Part shown: positions 41,601 to 55,400 of the stretch, one piece after another
Layout: every line of letters starts with the position of its first letter
Position numbering within the stretch: position 1 is the first letter of the stretch
Assembly: GCA_002811645.1 (NCBI GenBank)
Contig: PDIP01000077.1
Location: 97,086 to 161,085, forward strand
Reading direction: 5' to 3'
Length of the DNA: 64,000 nucleotides
Source of the DNA: Corallochytrium limacisporum Hawaii
Taxonomy: Eukaryota; Protista; Pluriformea
The notes under the pieces: model-generated
Told to the model about the DNA's origin: nothing
The model's input: the letters and a program-made list of their open reading frames with translations, nothing else
The model's database searches: none
Position numbers and translations under genes: made by a program

Positions 41601-44600
41601 GTCGTACTCTTCATATGCTAGTACTCCTATCACAGGTTACATAGATGGCACCTCACTGTATGAGATAGGTGTGGTAAAAGTGAGAGGGCGGAAGTTGAGT
41701 GACTGGATACGCTGCTAGGTCCACAATTTTTGTTCACGTTTTGGCGTCTGCGACCATGACTCATTGGCCCCGTTTTTCGGTGGTGCTCGGCCCATGCACA
41801 TCTCCGAGCATACAAAATTCATGTGCGGCCAGTGATGAAAATTTCCGACACCCCAAAATCAACCAATGTGTACACTTTCAGAATACCTCGGTAGGGTTGC
41901 TATTTTCGTGCTACACCTCCGAAACAGAAAATTCGTGGTGATTTCCTACATGGGTTTCATATTCGCTATCAGGACAACAAGTTTCCGGTTCCGAAGTGCA
42001 AAGTAAAATTGGACATCTCGCAGCCCACTCTGGGCGGGCTTTCCTTACCGGAAGAAAAAAAAATGTATCAGTTCTGTAAATCCGTGGGCTGGTGGGAGAC
42101 TGAGCACATTGGGAGGGGAGATGTACCAGTCCGCAGCCCACATTCTCTCCCCCTTCTCACCCAAAAAAAGGAACGAGAAACGAGATCCAACAAACCGTGG
42201 GCCAGTTCGAGGCTCCAGTTTTTGTTCAAGGGAAACACTAATTTTCTCGTCGTTTCGTAATATCAACTCCCCCACAAATTCGACAATTATCCATTCGACA
42301 CTACTACAGTGGATCTAATGAAAAATTTTCAAAAACATGCTAAGGAAAAGATGTCGTGTGTATGTGTGCACCCGTTCCATTGCTTGGGTGGGGAAGTATG
42401 GACGCAGACCACAGTAGCCTTATAGGCCAGGCCAACCCCCGGACGCACATGATCTGCCACAATCCGGCAATCCCGTGTGCAAGAGCAGATGGGTGCATTC
42501 ACAGTCCACGCTGTGGCCGCATAGCTTCAGTCCAGGGTTGCGACCATCATCTAATTGCTGTACATCCGCCCAAGTCTTGGCTTTGGGAATGTATTGAGGC
42601 TGTGTGAGTTCCTAGGTGTCTCGGACTGAACGTCACCTCAGGACCGGAAACGAAGGGGGCTTAAGTTGAACTTCGGGGCGCAAACTGCCACTGCTCAGAT
42701 ACCAACCAGGTGCCCCCTCCTTTCGTAACGAAACAAAAAGGAAACTCCACCACCCTCCAACACACATTTGTTGGGGGAGGTAAGAAGTCCCTGCACCCTG
42801 CACGAACGTAGAAATTGCGGTGTGCGATGAGTAAAGCTACCAATTGAGAAGAATTGGTGGGTCGGGGCAGTGTATTGGTGTCTATATATAAACCATGTAT
42901 TCCCCCCCCCCTCCCCCTTTTCGACGTTCACTAAATTCTATTTGCTGGGCCCCCTGGCCTCGCGGCCGATTGATCAACCAGAGATACACAGGAAAACAGT
43001 CCAGAGATCGACCGAATAAATACACACAAACATAAACTTAATCTCTGAGGATTTCGATTTGCGCCCGTTCATTTAGCGCATCATCGAAACCACCTGGTCC
43101 TGTCACTTCTTGGTTTCTCGTCTCCGGGTTGTGTCTTGTCATATTTGCAATAACCTCCGACACCCGCGTGCAGTGGACAGTACGCATTCAGTTCAAATTC
43201 TATTGCTTAAGCTATCATGGTCCGCTCGCAATAGGCTTTTGTACTTAGAGATGTAAATACATCAGTTGTCCGGACATGTCAATTACATCAAAGAAAATCG
43301 CATGTTCCAACTTTGATGTGGCTCGCGCTCTCGTTGCGTTTGTCCCCGGAAGAAACGTCAGGACACGCTCTGAATGCCCTCCTCATGCTCAGCAACTATT
43401 GCGCTAAATGACGTTCAGCAATTCTAAATGATTGAGCTAAGTTGTGCATAAGACTCCTGCCAGAGCGAGAGGCACAGCATTCAGGAACCCCGGCCCATCC
43501 CCAATGATTTCAAGCGTCAAACCTTCCCTGGGAATTCCATAGCTAAGCAATAACGTTGCGCGGCCCCCGGACCCGCCTTCGGGTAGTCTCTTGGAGAGCA
43601 ACCGATGGGGACCTGCATGAAAAGACCATACGAGACCAAAAGTAGGAAAGAGTAGGACTGCGCGGCAGTGGAGTCGTCCTGAACCATCAGAAAAAGAGAC
43701 AAAACAAACTGTTCGTACACACAGTTTTCGTAAGAGATGAATTGTTACGATAGATGTTGACGATGTATGACACAGCAGCCATTGAATGATGCCCTTTTAC
43801 GGGGTTCGCGAGAGCACCGACTCCGAACGTGGACACTCGAAGACGATGTTTGTGTGAGGGAGTGTGGAATTTGGTAGCTCACCGGTCCCATATTTCCAGT
43901 AGCGACAGTGGGATCTGCGTGCACCTCAGCACCGGGGCAGCTCCAGCCAACCACAAACCTGTTTCGCGTCAACCGCGATGAAATTGGTCGTGTTGACTAA
44001 GTGACGATTTACGCAGTACATTGAATATAGACATTTATTGCCTCAACCAATCCCGGCTTCCGATATTTTGTAGTTTTCGCTACTTGGACAAAAAAAGAGA
44101 GATGAGGTCAAAGTGGCCTTGAGCTATCCCGAAGACCATATAGGGGAATAATGGCCGATAATATTGAGGATTCGTTCTCCATTGACGCATTTTCCTTAGG
44201 TTTGGATCCACGAATCTTCACTGATACCTCTCTGTAGATGTGGTATGTATACCTGGGAGTACCATGGGCCCAACTACCAGGGCCGCTCCACGCCGGAAAT
44301 CGCCGCATACCTCTGGGTCTAAGGGGTTAGCGGCGGACGGACCGATTTCTATGGTTAACGTACTGCTAATACCTTACATATCCATAAGAACTCTAGTGGA
44401 CACTACACATATCGGTCTGTGAATTCGTTCGGTAAGAATTCTCCTGAGATTGAGAGGGGAATGTTGATTCAGGTACCGACGGTTAATCCAAGTGGAGATG
44501 GAAAAATGTCTACTTGCAAACATACACACCGCCCAGCGATATGTCGCCCCCATTTTAGGATATTGTTCGAAAGTGGGATTTCATTGTCCAACAGAGTATT

Positions 44601-47600
44601 CGTACGTCCTCTCTCTCGTTGCCTTTTCTCAAGGAGTGTGTAAATGAGAGTTTCTTGCTCAGGTGCAGGTAACGTATGAGTCCCAAACTGGTGAGGCATA
44701 GTACATGCATGGAGCACGGTACAAGAGTTTCATAATGAGCCGCACGAGCCTACCACCAGATTCGACCGACAAACACACAGGTCTCGATTAGTGTACCCGG
44801 CAAAGTATGAGAGAAATGTGAAGCGACATCCAATTATGCATGGACGGAGGAGAGGAAAGAGGACGAGGAAAGAGGAAACAATGAGTGCGTACCTACACAG
44901 CATGGCCTGCAGAGAGATGAGAGGGACGGAGGCAGACAGGAAAAGAGAACAATTGGATGAGAGCGAGCACCTACTTAGTAGCGATTTATTCAATACAATC
45001 TCTTCATAAAGAAATTGAAACGCAGAGCCGACACGGTCGTGCCAGAGTGTGCGTGCGTGCGTACTCGGTATGTACGCTGTATAGTTTGCTTACCGGAACG
45101 ACTGAAACGCAGCAACTAGTCATCGAATCGATTACCTTTCATGGTTCGGGGTTATTTGCTTGGCATGTGGAGGTTGCAGAATTTGACCCGACTCGTCATG
45201 CAAAGCGAGCATCCAAGGGACTCTAGAAGCGCACTCTAGTAACACATTTGAACTCCCAAGCAGCGCCCACATCGTGTACTATAAGCCATTAATAGACAGA
45301 AGATTCCAAACAAACACCCATCGGTAGAAATCTCAAAGGACGTTTACTCCCCACAACCCTATACTGAGAGTCGGGGCCTGTTTTGGCCAGAAATTCAGAT
45401 TTCCAACAGCTTTCACAAAGGTTCGGCCATGGGAGATCTACTCAATGGCAAACGATGTTCAGGCTCACTGACATGGACTCTACCGAACATGAACGGTTTT
45501 CATACCAGGTCTGAAGACAATGTATTCCAGTACAAATTTTCTTACGACCCAGCGAGTAGTAAGTAGGATCGCAGATCAAGCATATGCTCCCTTTGTCAAG
45601 TCTATAGTGAACGGAGCACGGACATTCCTAGACTACAAATGTTCTTCAACTCGTGCACATTACCCGAACTCAACCCTTGCAGTACTATATGCTGAGTTCG
45701 CGTATCCGAATGTCTTAGTCTCGGCCTGTCGTCGCCTAGTTTCGCGCACCACTCTGGTGCGGACAATCGCGACAAAGCGGATGTGAACCAAATGGCGGTA
45801 GTAAAGCGTGATCTACACTTGGGGGAGACCCGCTTGTTGAGGAACATGAAAATATTTCGACGGTCTCGACGTGTTGATCGAAGACAAAATCTCTGGGAAG
45901 CCCTTGGTATACCGAGCACAGTCGCTGTAGCCCGACAACGACCGCTTCGACACCAGGGGTCGCATGCCCGGAAAATGGCCCCAGGTAGCGAAATAAACAT
46001 TCTCGATGCAACCTTTAATGGAACCCAGTACATTCACAACAAGGACAATCCGGGGTTGGTTGAACGGCAACGAAATAAGAAAATTTACGGTCGCCATTTG
46101 TTTTGTATGTGCATCTAAAAGCTACACATGTGCAGAGGCTGCATCGTAAGTCATAAACAATATAGCTTATACAGTCAAATCGGGAACTACACATGTGCTT
46201 GTTTACATTCTCGGCAATTCTTTGATGTGAAGAAATTCAATAGCGAATACCAAAGACCAATCCTAGTGCTAATATAAACACTTGCACGCACCTGCCACAA
46301 AAAGAATGCAAGTGGCTTTAGCCCAGAAGAAATAGTATACCTACAGTTCTTTAGCTGTCAACAGCCATTCCAAAACGCAAGAGGACAGTAAGTGTCTTGG
46401 GACAATATTCCGCACTCGTGGACTGAATATTCACAAGCACATACACTCAATATAGAAAGTAAGGCCCGTATAGCCAACAGAGACGAAAGCGGCCGGGCTG
46501 TACAATTCCCACCCCCACTCACGCGTGATGAGGGGATCGAATTCGCTCTTCATAGCAGGATCTAAGGGGTGGAAGCGATCGAGCTCTCGGTGTATAGTAG
46601 ACACGGCCAGAGAAGCATCCAAAAGGAGCACGTAAACATAACAATTGCAAGCCATTAGTGTGTTTGTACTATACATTCTCTCGCCGTCGAGGCATTTTTC
46701 ACGATTAAAAAGTTGCAATGGCGTGCTTTTAGTTGCGTGCCATCTTTTCGTTTGTGCGTGGAGTGCGCGCGGTTTCATACTAGACGTAGTTTGAATGATC
46801 CACGCTGTTGATTCCAAGACTGAAAGTGTGTCTGTGTAGATGCAACTCCCTACTAGCTTGCCCTGGGCCGCGGTACTTTCTCTTGTGCCCGCGAGAGAAA
46901 TGCATAATATGTACAGGTACCAACACAGAAAGCACTCTAGGAACAACAAGCTCATCAAGGCACGTCTCGATTTGGACAAAATGGCGACCGACATCTAGGA
47001 CGTTGATTTTCCTGCAAAAGATATCCATATGTTTACTATGGGGAAATGTAATCTAAATGTTCGTTTCGAATATTTCGCGGAACTTATCGAGTCCAATATA
47101 ATTCGAGCACGTCGAGTGAATCGGGCCTGGCAACCAAAATAATTTGAGACCCGCTTTGCCATTGTTTGGTGCAAGTTGCTTGTCCGCCGTCTACATAAAA
47201 GCAGATGGACATGCATCTTTGATATGCACCATGTAATTTACTCGTCGATCACAGCTAAGTCCTATGAAGAAGCCGAGAAATACCCATTGAGAAGGAGTCC
47301 AGACCCTTAGATAGCTAAGTTTCAAACGACCATCTAAAGTATTCGTTCTATATTGGACGATGTCCCGTCTCGGTCCAAAATGGATGGCTGGTACCGGCAA
47401 ACAGCAACGTTGGTTGAAGGCATGATCGAGCCCTGCCTGAAGATTTTAGGTCACGCAGATCCACGCGCCCACAGGTCCATGTCCCTCCCTCCCCAGTTTT
47501 TTCTAAAACAGATTCGAGCTGGGCGCAGGCGCCCAACTCGAAGGGTTAAGCCTTGTGCACTTGGGAAGCCGTGTGCGGCAGGGTAAAGCGCACACGCTCT

Positions 47601-49986
47601 CGCACACGAAGCGATCTTGATCCCTTGCGGAGTGGGCCAGAGGCCCGCCCCGCGAGGGGGGAGAGGGGTGGGTGGAGAGGCGACGAGAGAGTGGGGGGAG
47701 GGAGAGTGGAGNNNNNNNNNNNNNNNNNNNNNNNNNNNNNNNNNNNNNNNNNNNNNNNNNNNNNNNNNNNNNNNNNNNNNNNNNNNNNNNNNNNNNNNNN
47801 NNNNNNNNNNNNNNNNNNNNNNNNNNNNNNNNNNNNNNNNNNNNNNNNNNNNNNNNNNNNNNNNNNNNNNNNNNNNNNNNNNNNNNNNNNNNNNNNNNNN
47901 NNNNNNNNNNNNGGGGGGGGGGGAATGATGGGGGAAAGTCTGGAAAATGATGGACAACAACAAATTAGGTACACAGATATGAAACGCCAGACCATTGGTG
48001 TAGTGGGATGGAAAAGGTTGCCTCTCAGGACTGTGCATTTGAGCTACAGAGACCAATAAGCCAGGAGAGTTTTATCGACCTTGGTCTGCTCCCGTTCTTG
48101 ATGCCGAACAGAAGCCTGACATATCATGGCCAGAGGATACTCAGGTGCTGGAGCATGGCAATGGATGATGCACTTGGAAACAAATGGACTCGTTACGTAA
48201 GTTGGAAACATCAGAGGGTGCACCATAAACATGAACCTCAGCATGCAAGGAAGAGAATAGTGAAGCACGAAGAGGAACTATAGCGGAATAGAGAATGAAT
48301 AGTAGTTCATTGTGATGCGTTGTGACGACCTGTGTTTTGTTCTACCATCCTTTTTGTCTTCGGTATCGGACTTTCACCTTGAATGGGCACAGATGATCTA
48401 CTGTAAATGCTGAAGCCTAGGATTGTAAAGGGACTGCCGCTGCTCTCGAATTGAAGCAAAAGAACATATTGGAAGGTTAGGTGCAACGTACAGGATGGAT
48501 ATCTTGTGTGGGGTGTGCCACACAACAACTTTTTCACATGCTTAGGTTTTTCTGCGCCTCATGCAATACTGATCTTGGACCAACAAGCTTACCCATTTGG
48601 CCACGATGGGACGGCGTTGGGGGAGAGCCAGGAGACATAGGCCATACCCTTCGGATTTGAAAACTGATCAGCTATGCGCCAGGCCGTGTTGTACCATGCG
48701 GTTTAATTGACCTATCCCTTTGCGTTCTCATCCACATTTGGCTTGAAAACCTAAGGAAACTCCGCAGCCCATCGCTTTCCCCCCCCCTCTTCTTCGCTTT
48801 TCCCCTAGGAGAATTTTGAAACCCCGCTGAAATCCTCCGGTTTTATGACAACGCGCAAGGCGTGTCTTTCTGGGGCAAATATTGCATTTGGCCATACTCA
48901 CTATTCCCCCCCCCTCTCCCTTGCCCTTTTACCCCGCACACCCGCTTCCCAACATCTACAGATGAGTCGAGCACGAAAATCGGCAGCATGGATACAAGAG
49001 AAGGGGTTGCCTGTACCTCCTGTACCCTATGAGGTCAAAACTAATTGAGCATCCATAGTGTGGACCGGAAGCAAGGTACCATCACTGGCCATGTGATGTC
49101 AATATGGACAGTGCAAGCAGATCAATTGGGATGGTTGGAGAGCGAGAGGGAAGAAACCAGGACGAAACACTTGCCCAGGCCGGGAATGCACAAGCGCAAA
49201 TTCCATCAGCTCGCCATAGTAAATAAATGTCGAGTGTTGCGAGCTGAATTTGTCTCTGGTAATTCCCCCACATTCTGACCATTGGAAAGGACTTAGCATG
49301 AGGACACCATGGGATTCCCTTGTCTAAGTTTGGACGTCGCAATTTCTGCTCTCCAGGTGAGACGTTGGCGCTATGCGCCCTTCTGTTCCTGATGTGCACT
49401 ATCAAATATGATCCAACTTGGTCCCATTGCTGTGATCGTAGGAACGCGGGGAGAATTTTGGCTGAGGGGATACCCATCCCTTTCCCCGCCCCGCGGGAAG
49501 CGAGTGAGGGGGAGGGGGGAGGGGGAGAGGGAGAGGGAACCCCCGGAGGGGGGGGAGAGAGAGAGAGGGGAAAAGGTGCGGACTTCTTAGACCTGATGAC
49601 CAAGAGGGTACGGTAGGGCGGAGGTGGGAATGGGGAAAAGGGGCCAAATGAAGCGGAAGAGGGGAAAGGGGGAAAAGGGGGGGGGGGAAGAGGCAGGAGA
49701 TTACATAGAGTACTGCAGGCTTGGTGCCCCAATGGAGGGGAAACAGGGTAGAAACCAAGATTGTTCGGGTTCGCGTATAGCTCTGGCTAAATCCTTAGGG
49801 GACACAGAGGGGGAATGGCAAGGGCCAGTACTTGTCACCACTGACAAGAGTGCATTTGGTGAATGTGGTTTCTGGTATTTAAGTGGAGTCCTTCTCAGTG
49901 ATCCATATGAATGATCAAGGTATGTTAGCTAACCAACAACTTAGTACTCTAGTACAATACCCTATAACACACAACAATAGTACAGT

Positions 49987-50889
49987 ATGTCGCAAGCCAT
50001 GACCATGAGTTTTGACAACGACAGCCAGCAGCTGAACATGCTCCACATGCAGCAACGTGAGAAGCTTGATTCTATGCGCAAGCAGATCCACCTCCAGCAG
50101 ATGCACTTGCAGTCTCTGGACCTCCCTGAGTTCGCCGAGCCTCTGATGAATGACAACATGTTCTCCTCCTCCACTGCCCGCACCAGCACTGCTTCTGCTG
50201 TGTCGTCCAAGGACATGGAGGCCGGTTCTCCCGGTTCTGACCGTGGCAACATGTGCGCTGCCTTCATTCACACTCTGTGGTCTATCGTGAATGACCCCAG
50301 CCTGCAGGACATTGTTCAGTGGTCCGTCGAGGGTACCTTTGTGGTTGTTCTGGATAAGGATGCCTTTGCTGAGCGCATCCTTGCCCGTTTCTTCAAGCAC
50401 TGCAAGGTCTCCTCTTTCGTCCGCCAGCTCAACATGTACGAGTTCCACAAGATGAGCTCCACCGAGATCCTGGCCCACATTCAGGATGGTCTCCTGTCCT
50501 ACGAACTGAAGGGTGACATGAAGCGTGCCGAGATTAAGGCTCTGCTCAAGAACGTCATGGCCTTCTCTCATCCTCAGTTCCAACGCGAGAAGTCTGAGCT
50601 CCTGCCCACCATCAAGCGCCGTCGCTGCAACCCCAGCAAGCGCGCCCAGCAGGCCAAGCGCGCTGACTCCATCGACTCCTTTGGCTTCATGCCCCAGCAG
50701 ATGGACCTCAACCCTGGCTTCTCTGGTAACGTCTTTGGCAATGGCATCAGCCCTTCTCTTTTCCCGTTCGACCTGAACCCTCGCCACTCTGCTCCTGCTG
50801 CCTTCGGAGTCAACCTCTTGGAAGAGCCCATGAAGCCCCTGACCGGTTTCGACAACCTCTTCGAGATGTTCGACGACATCAAGGCATGA
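49987..50889 (+). CDS. HSF-type DNA-binding domain transcription factor (atypical)
   Basis: AFIHTLWSIVNDP..IVQWSVEGTFVV..FAERILARFFKHCKVSSFVRQLNMYEFHK..FSHPQFQR..LLPTIKRR matches the HSF winged-helix domain. Codon usage is strongly C/T-ending like the other genes. Confidence 0.9.
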   Translation: MSQAMTMSFDNDSQQLNMLHMQQREKLDSMRKQIHLQQMHLQSLDLPEFAEPLMNDNMFSSSTARTSTASAVSSKDMEAGSPGSDRGNMCAAFIHTLWSIVNDPSLQDIVQWSVEGTFVVVLDKDAFAERILARFFKHCKVSSFVRQLNMYEFHKMSSTEILAHIQDGLLSYELKGDMKRAEIKALLKNVMAFSHPQFQREKSELLPTIKRRRCNPSKRAQQAKRADSIDSFGFMPQQMDLNPGFSGNVFGNGISPSLFPFDLNPRHSAPAAFGVNLLEEPMKPLTGFDNLFEMFDDIKA

Positions 50890-52444
50890 GCACTTGTTCG
50901 AGTCGTATAAAAAAAAGGTCCAACATATAGGGTCCGTTCATAGTCGGCTTTAGCCCGGGATCCATAGCATACATTTTCATCGCATAGCATAAAAATTAAA
51001 GTTTTTCATAGTGAAACAATATACATACACACCACAGCGTACTATTTGTTTCAACGGGGAAGGTGCGGTGCCCCTTTTACTAGAGGGCCCCTACCAATTT
51101 CAAGGGGGCGGAGTACTGCCGGCCGCACATCCGCGTACGAATCTGCTGACCAAGAAGCATAGCATAATGGCACGGGAGACCCTCAGAAACAGTGAGAAAA
51201 TAGACTCCTACAGATTGCACTTGACGGTCCGCCGCAGGAGAAATCATGGTTGGAGCGGGACCCAGCGAATGCAGCAGCTTTGGCATGTCTCATCAGCATG
51301 TCCCGCATCAGAAATCTCGTACTATTCAGATCAGAAGATCGCAGCCCCAGAAGGGGCCAGTCCATCCGCCATGGCAGGGTATAGTTACAAGGTATGCATC
51401 ATGAGCAGCGAGAACAACTACCACGGTTATACACAGTCTTCTCCTAGACTCGGAGTAGACATCGATTCCATTTCACCACTTTAAGTCGGGCGGCGTCATA
51501 GGGGCCCCGGACCCTGTTCAATAGCGCAGCAAAGGAGAGGGGGCTGGAATCGCGCCCTGCCCCTCTTTTGCCAGTGCGACAGGGCAATGAGACTCCGAGA
51601 CCTCCCACCGCCCCCCTTTTTCCTGAGAGAAGGCAACAGTGAGTCCCACACTCTGTCTTGCGCAGCTGAGAACCCTTTAGGATTTTTTAGTGAATTTTGG
51701 CAAGAAGTAGTTCCAGTTTCTGCTTTTGCCCTTTTGTTGCTAGCAGTAGACATTTTGTCATATACATATCATTTAGAATCTCTTTGTACATGGCTAATTC
51801 GTGTTTTCCTCAAGAGGACCTAGCCTCGAAATTCGCCGACGTGTTGTGATTAAGCGTCGGTTGGATGATAATTCAAGCAATTGACCCAGTCTATCACCAT
51901 GAACAAGTGATGAGATAGAAAAAATTGGATGAGGAGCTTAAGGGACGTAAACCCGAAGAAACGGGTTACCTACCCAAAGTGGACCTAGGTTCGGAAAAAA
52001 CAAGCGGGTGAGGGGGGGGGGGGTTCGGGTGGATCTGTTTCGCTGTATACCATACAAAACATCGGCCTTCCCCTCTCTCACATTCCTCTCTCTGTCGCTC
52101 TCCCTCGTCTGCCGCCCAAAACCGACCAAAACACTCATACTTCGAACACCGGAGCGATCTGCAATGCTCGTGCTTGACTTACCGGAAGCGCGCACCTGCT
52201 GTAGATTTTGTATGAACGGGCGTACGACCAGAGCCACGTTGTCATTATCCCCGACGAGCATACACTTTGCGAACTCGGGAATGTGCTGACCCCAGTTGCC
52301 TCAGCTCGCTGCAAAGCAACCAAAGCGGTTTACTGGACTTTCCGCAGCTGGTTGTATGTGCTGATTAGTGCGGGTGAGTGCAAGAACGGATGCAGTGCCG
52401 AGTGGTATGCATTGCTGAGAAGAGGGTTGTCTGTCGTTCGGTGA

Positions 52445-55400
52445 GATGTCCCTAGTTCGCAGTTGATCCGATGACGGCTACGTATGCAGGTCAAGCTCGA
52501 GGGTGGCGGAACCCCCCCTCTCAAAGGGACCAGATCTGTCTTGGCGTGATGGATTTTTGGAGAGCTTCATCTACAACCACCCGGGAGAGTGTTGTACAGC
52601 AGAGCTACGCACGGGCTTGGGCTTTGATGATCAGTTGGAGTGGGCACAGACGGCTGCGATGCGAACACTGGTCGAAATCCTACTCCGGTGCACTGCGGGG
52701 CAATAGGGGGCCGGACACTTACATCCAGCCCCTGTGACAGTCGTATACAGAACACAAGAGCGGGAACTAATATTCTTTCCTACTGTACAATAATTCGCCG
52801 CCACCAAATCCATAGGCACTGTACCAAACTCATATTGGCATTTGACACATGAGAACGAGAAGGAGAGGAATCAGTGATGATCACATCGATCCAGACAAAC
52901 CGCGTGCCACCCTGGTCACTCCACGAAACAGGTACCAATACGTGCAAGGAGTTTTATACCACGGATGCATCTTGTCTGCTCGCATACCTTCTCGCACTAC
53001 GAACTAGATCTGCTACCTACGAATGATTTCTGTTCTGGAACCAGTTTGCTTCAGATTGATTCTCGATTTCGAAAAAGTAAACTTCGAAGATGTAAACATA
53101 CACATCAACAATGACAAATGATAACCCTGCTTTGTATATCGGCCACCCACGTTTGACAACAGACCAGGATATCCAAAAAAATAAGGGAAGCACAACAACA
53201 CATGCGAAGGAGGCAACAGAACTGTATGTTCAAGAAGAAAAGAAAATTGTAAGGTTTGTCTTTGTGAATGACAGTGGCAGGAATGTTTCGCACTGCGGCG
53301 ATATATATGGTCGTGGACAAGTGTCTGTGGGAGTGAGAAAGTGTTGTACCAGCTCAGCACCAACTGTCTCACTGTAGCACACGTAGCCCTGCCCTATCAG
53401 GGAATCCATCCTCCCCCTCTCCCTATTTTTATCCTGAAGGGGTTATACGAATCCGTTCGCGTGGAGAAATCTTCGGGTCCTCAATTTTCCACACCCAGCG
53501 CGCACACGGCAACCGGAAATATCAAGACCCCGGGGGTGAGGAGGACATTGTCTTGCAATAAAGCACCTCCCTCACGGTATCCACCCCACCCTGGCAATCT
53601 CCGACCCCCATCAAAATCATCGCTTTCAATATGGTCCAAAGGAAAACAGACGTCAAGAGGGATCTATCACAACTGCTACTTCCACGTTGTACTATAAATG
53701 CGGGACACTCGCAAAAAGTAAAAATCTGGACGTGTTTGAATGTGCCGCAACAAGAGGAAAAAACAAAGTGATCAAGAGACAGTTAAAGCGGGCGCACCAT
53801 GGCGGGAAGAACTGTATCGTGCCTCATCCTCTCACAGCGTCACACAGGTGGGAGTCTATATCCATTTCGGTTAACGCCAACGGGAAAAAAACGCCCCCTC
53901 CCCCACCCTTCCCGGGTGAGCGGCCAAGCGACCGTACCCAAAGGGAGTCTGCTTGGCTGTATAGTACAACAGCGCTATGGTACAATCTGATCCATGTGGA
54001 TCAATAAATAAAGCTCAAGGGTGAAGGATCCACCAAATTGCCCCGTTTAGAACTACTTGCGCACGTCTGCGGCCGGCCGCTATGTACCACTGTCTCCCCA
54101 ACATCACCGCGGCGCCAGTGCTTAGTGTGAGAGAAGTTTTATGGCGCTTCAATTTCGTATATCTGGCACCAATCTTGTTGACCTTTACTGGTGAGCATTC
54201 TGAATGTGGTACATCAATGAAGTTCCTCAACGGTATGTCTGCGGCCTCATTGTGCGAACCCATAGCGCCCTATCTTATATCAGCAAATTGAGTGAGACCT
54301 GTTTTGACAGCGGGCAATACCCCTCTGGGGCCCCGGTTTGGGGCGCGATGTACCGTTAGGTATTGGCTGATAGGAAATACCGATGTCTGGTCCAGATGGA
54401 TACTTGCATTGAGGATTCGATTGAGGATGGTAGCGGATGTATTTAAACTCTATCAGGTGTATCCTCTCGTGCAGTGCAAGATCTAATGCAATGTCATAAT
54501 GACAGGTAATATTGCGTTTAGAAGTGCTCCCCTATCGACATCCAAATTCCTCGCGCTCGTAAAGTGACCAGTCAAAACCCACCTGTTTGTCCTCACCGGG
54601 TATTTTACTTTGTGATTGTGATGATGATCATGATCATGGACTGGGTGTCCAGACTCTGTAAGAGCCGATATTGAAGGCGCCCAGACATGTACAATAACTA
54701 TAACTCAGATTCTAGAACCTTTACTCTGCGTGAAAGTTGTACAGGGCAAGACAAACCATCTCACTTTACATTCACCAATAGCTCGTGAGGCTGGCCAGGG
54801 TACGGCCCTGCACATGACGATAAGTAGGAATGCACACAACACACAGAGTGAATGTAATCATTGGATCATCATTGTCCATCGGCATCCCCAGCCACCCTTT
54901 CACAGTGGCCGGTCGTCGTTCGCGATGTGTGCGCTCCCCTGCCTCTCTGTGCGCGCTCTTTGCTGTGGATATACCGGTTACGCCTTGGATGCGATGGTGG
55001 AAGGGAGCTTCTCAAAAAGCTATCGAGATATTCTTGATGTCCAAACCAAATGAACCCAATAGGCCGCCCCCACAATACCTTTCTTGGGTCGGCCGATGTC
55101 TCATTCTAACCGGCTACGGCCATACCCTTGAGTATTGGGTAATGGGAGTTGGGAGTCTCGCTTCGATGAAAGTGAGATTATCTGGAAACGGTGCGGAGAG
55201 GAACACCACAGTCCAGACGGTCCGTGAGCGAGCGCCTATACAGACATAGTATCAATATCTTTCCAACGCGAGAGGTTTTACATGGGCGGCAGCGAGGAGC
55301 CTCGATGGACAAGCTGCGCGCACAGTGGCCGTGCCCGTTCACGTTGATCGACGCGAACACCTTCATCATGATGAACATTGGACAGCAAAAGACAGGAAAG

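Noticed and set aside
42885-42892. TATATAAA in the gene desert
   Set aside because: No downstream ORF or other support; cannot be called a promoter from sequence alone.
47060-47090. Possible heat-shock element upstream of the HSF gene
   Set aside because: GAA/TTC units do not have the correct nGAAn spacing.
49915-50787. 290-aa antisense ORF over the HSF gene
   Set aside because: Shadow ORF caused by codon bias; no recognisable domain.
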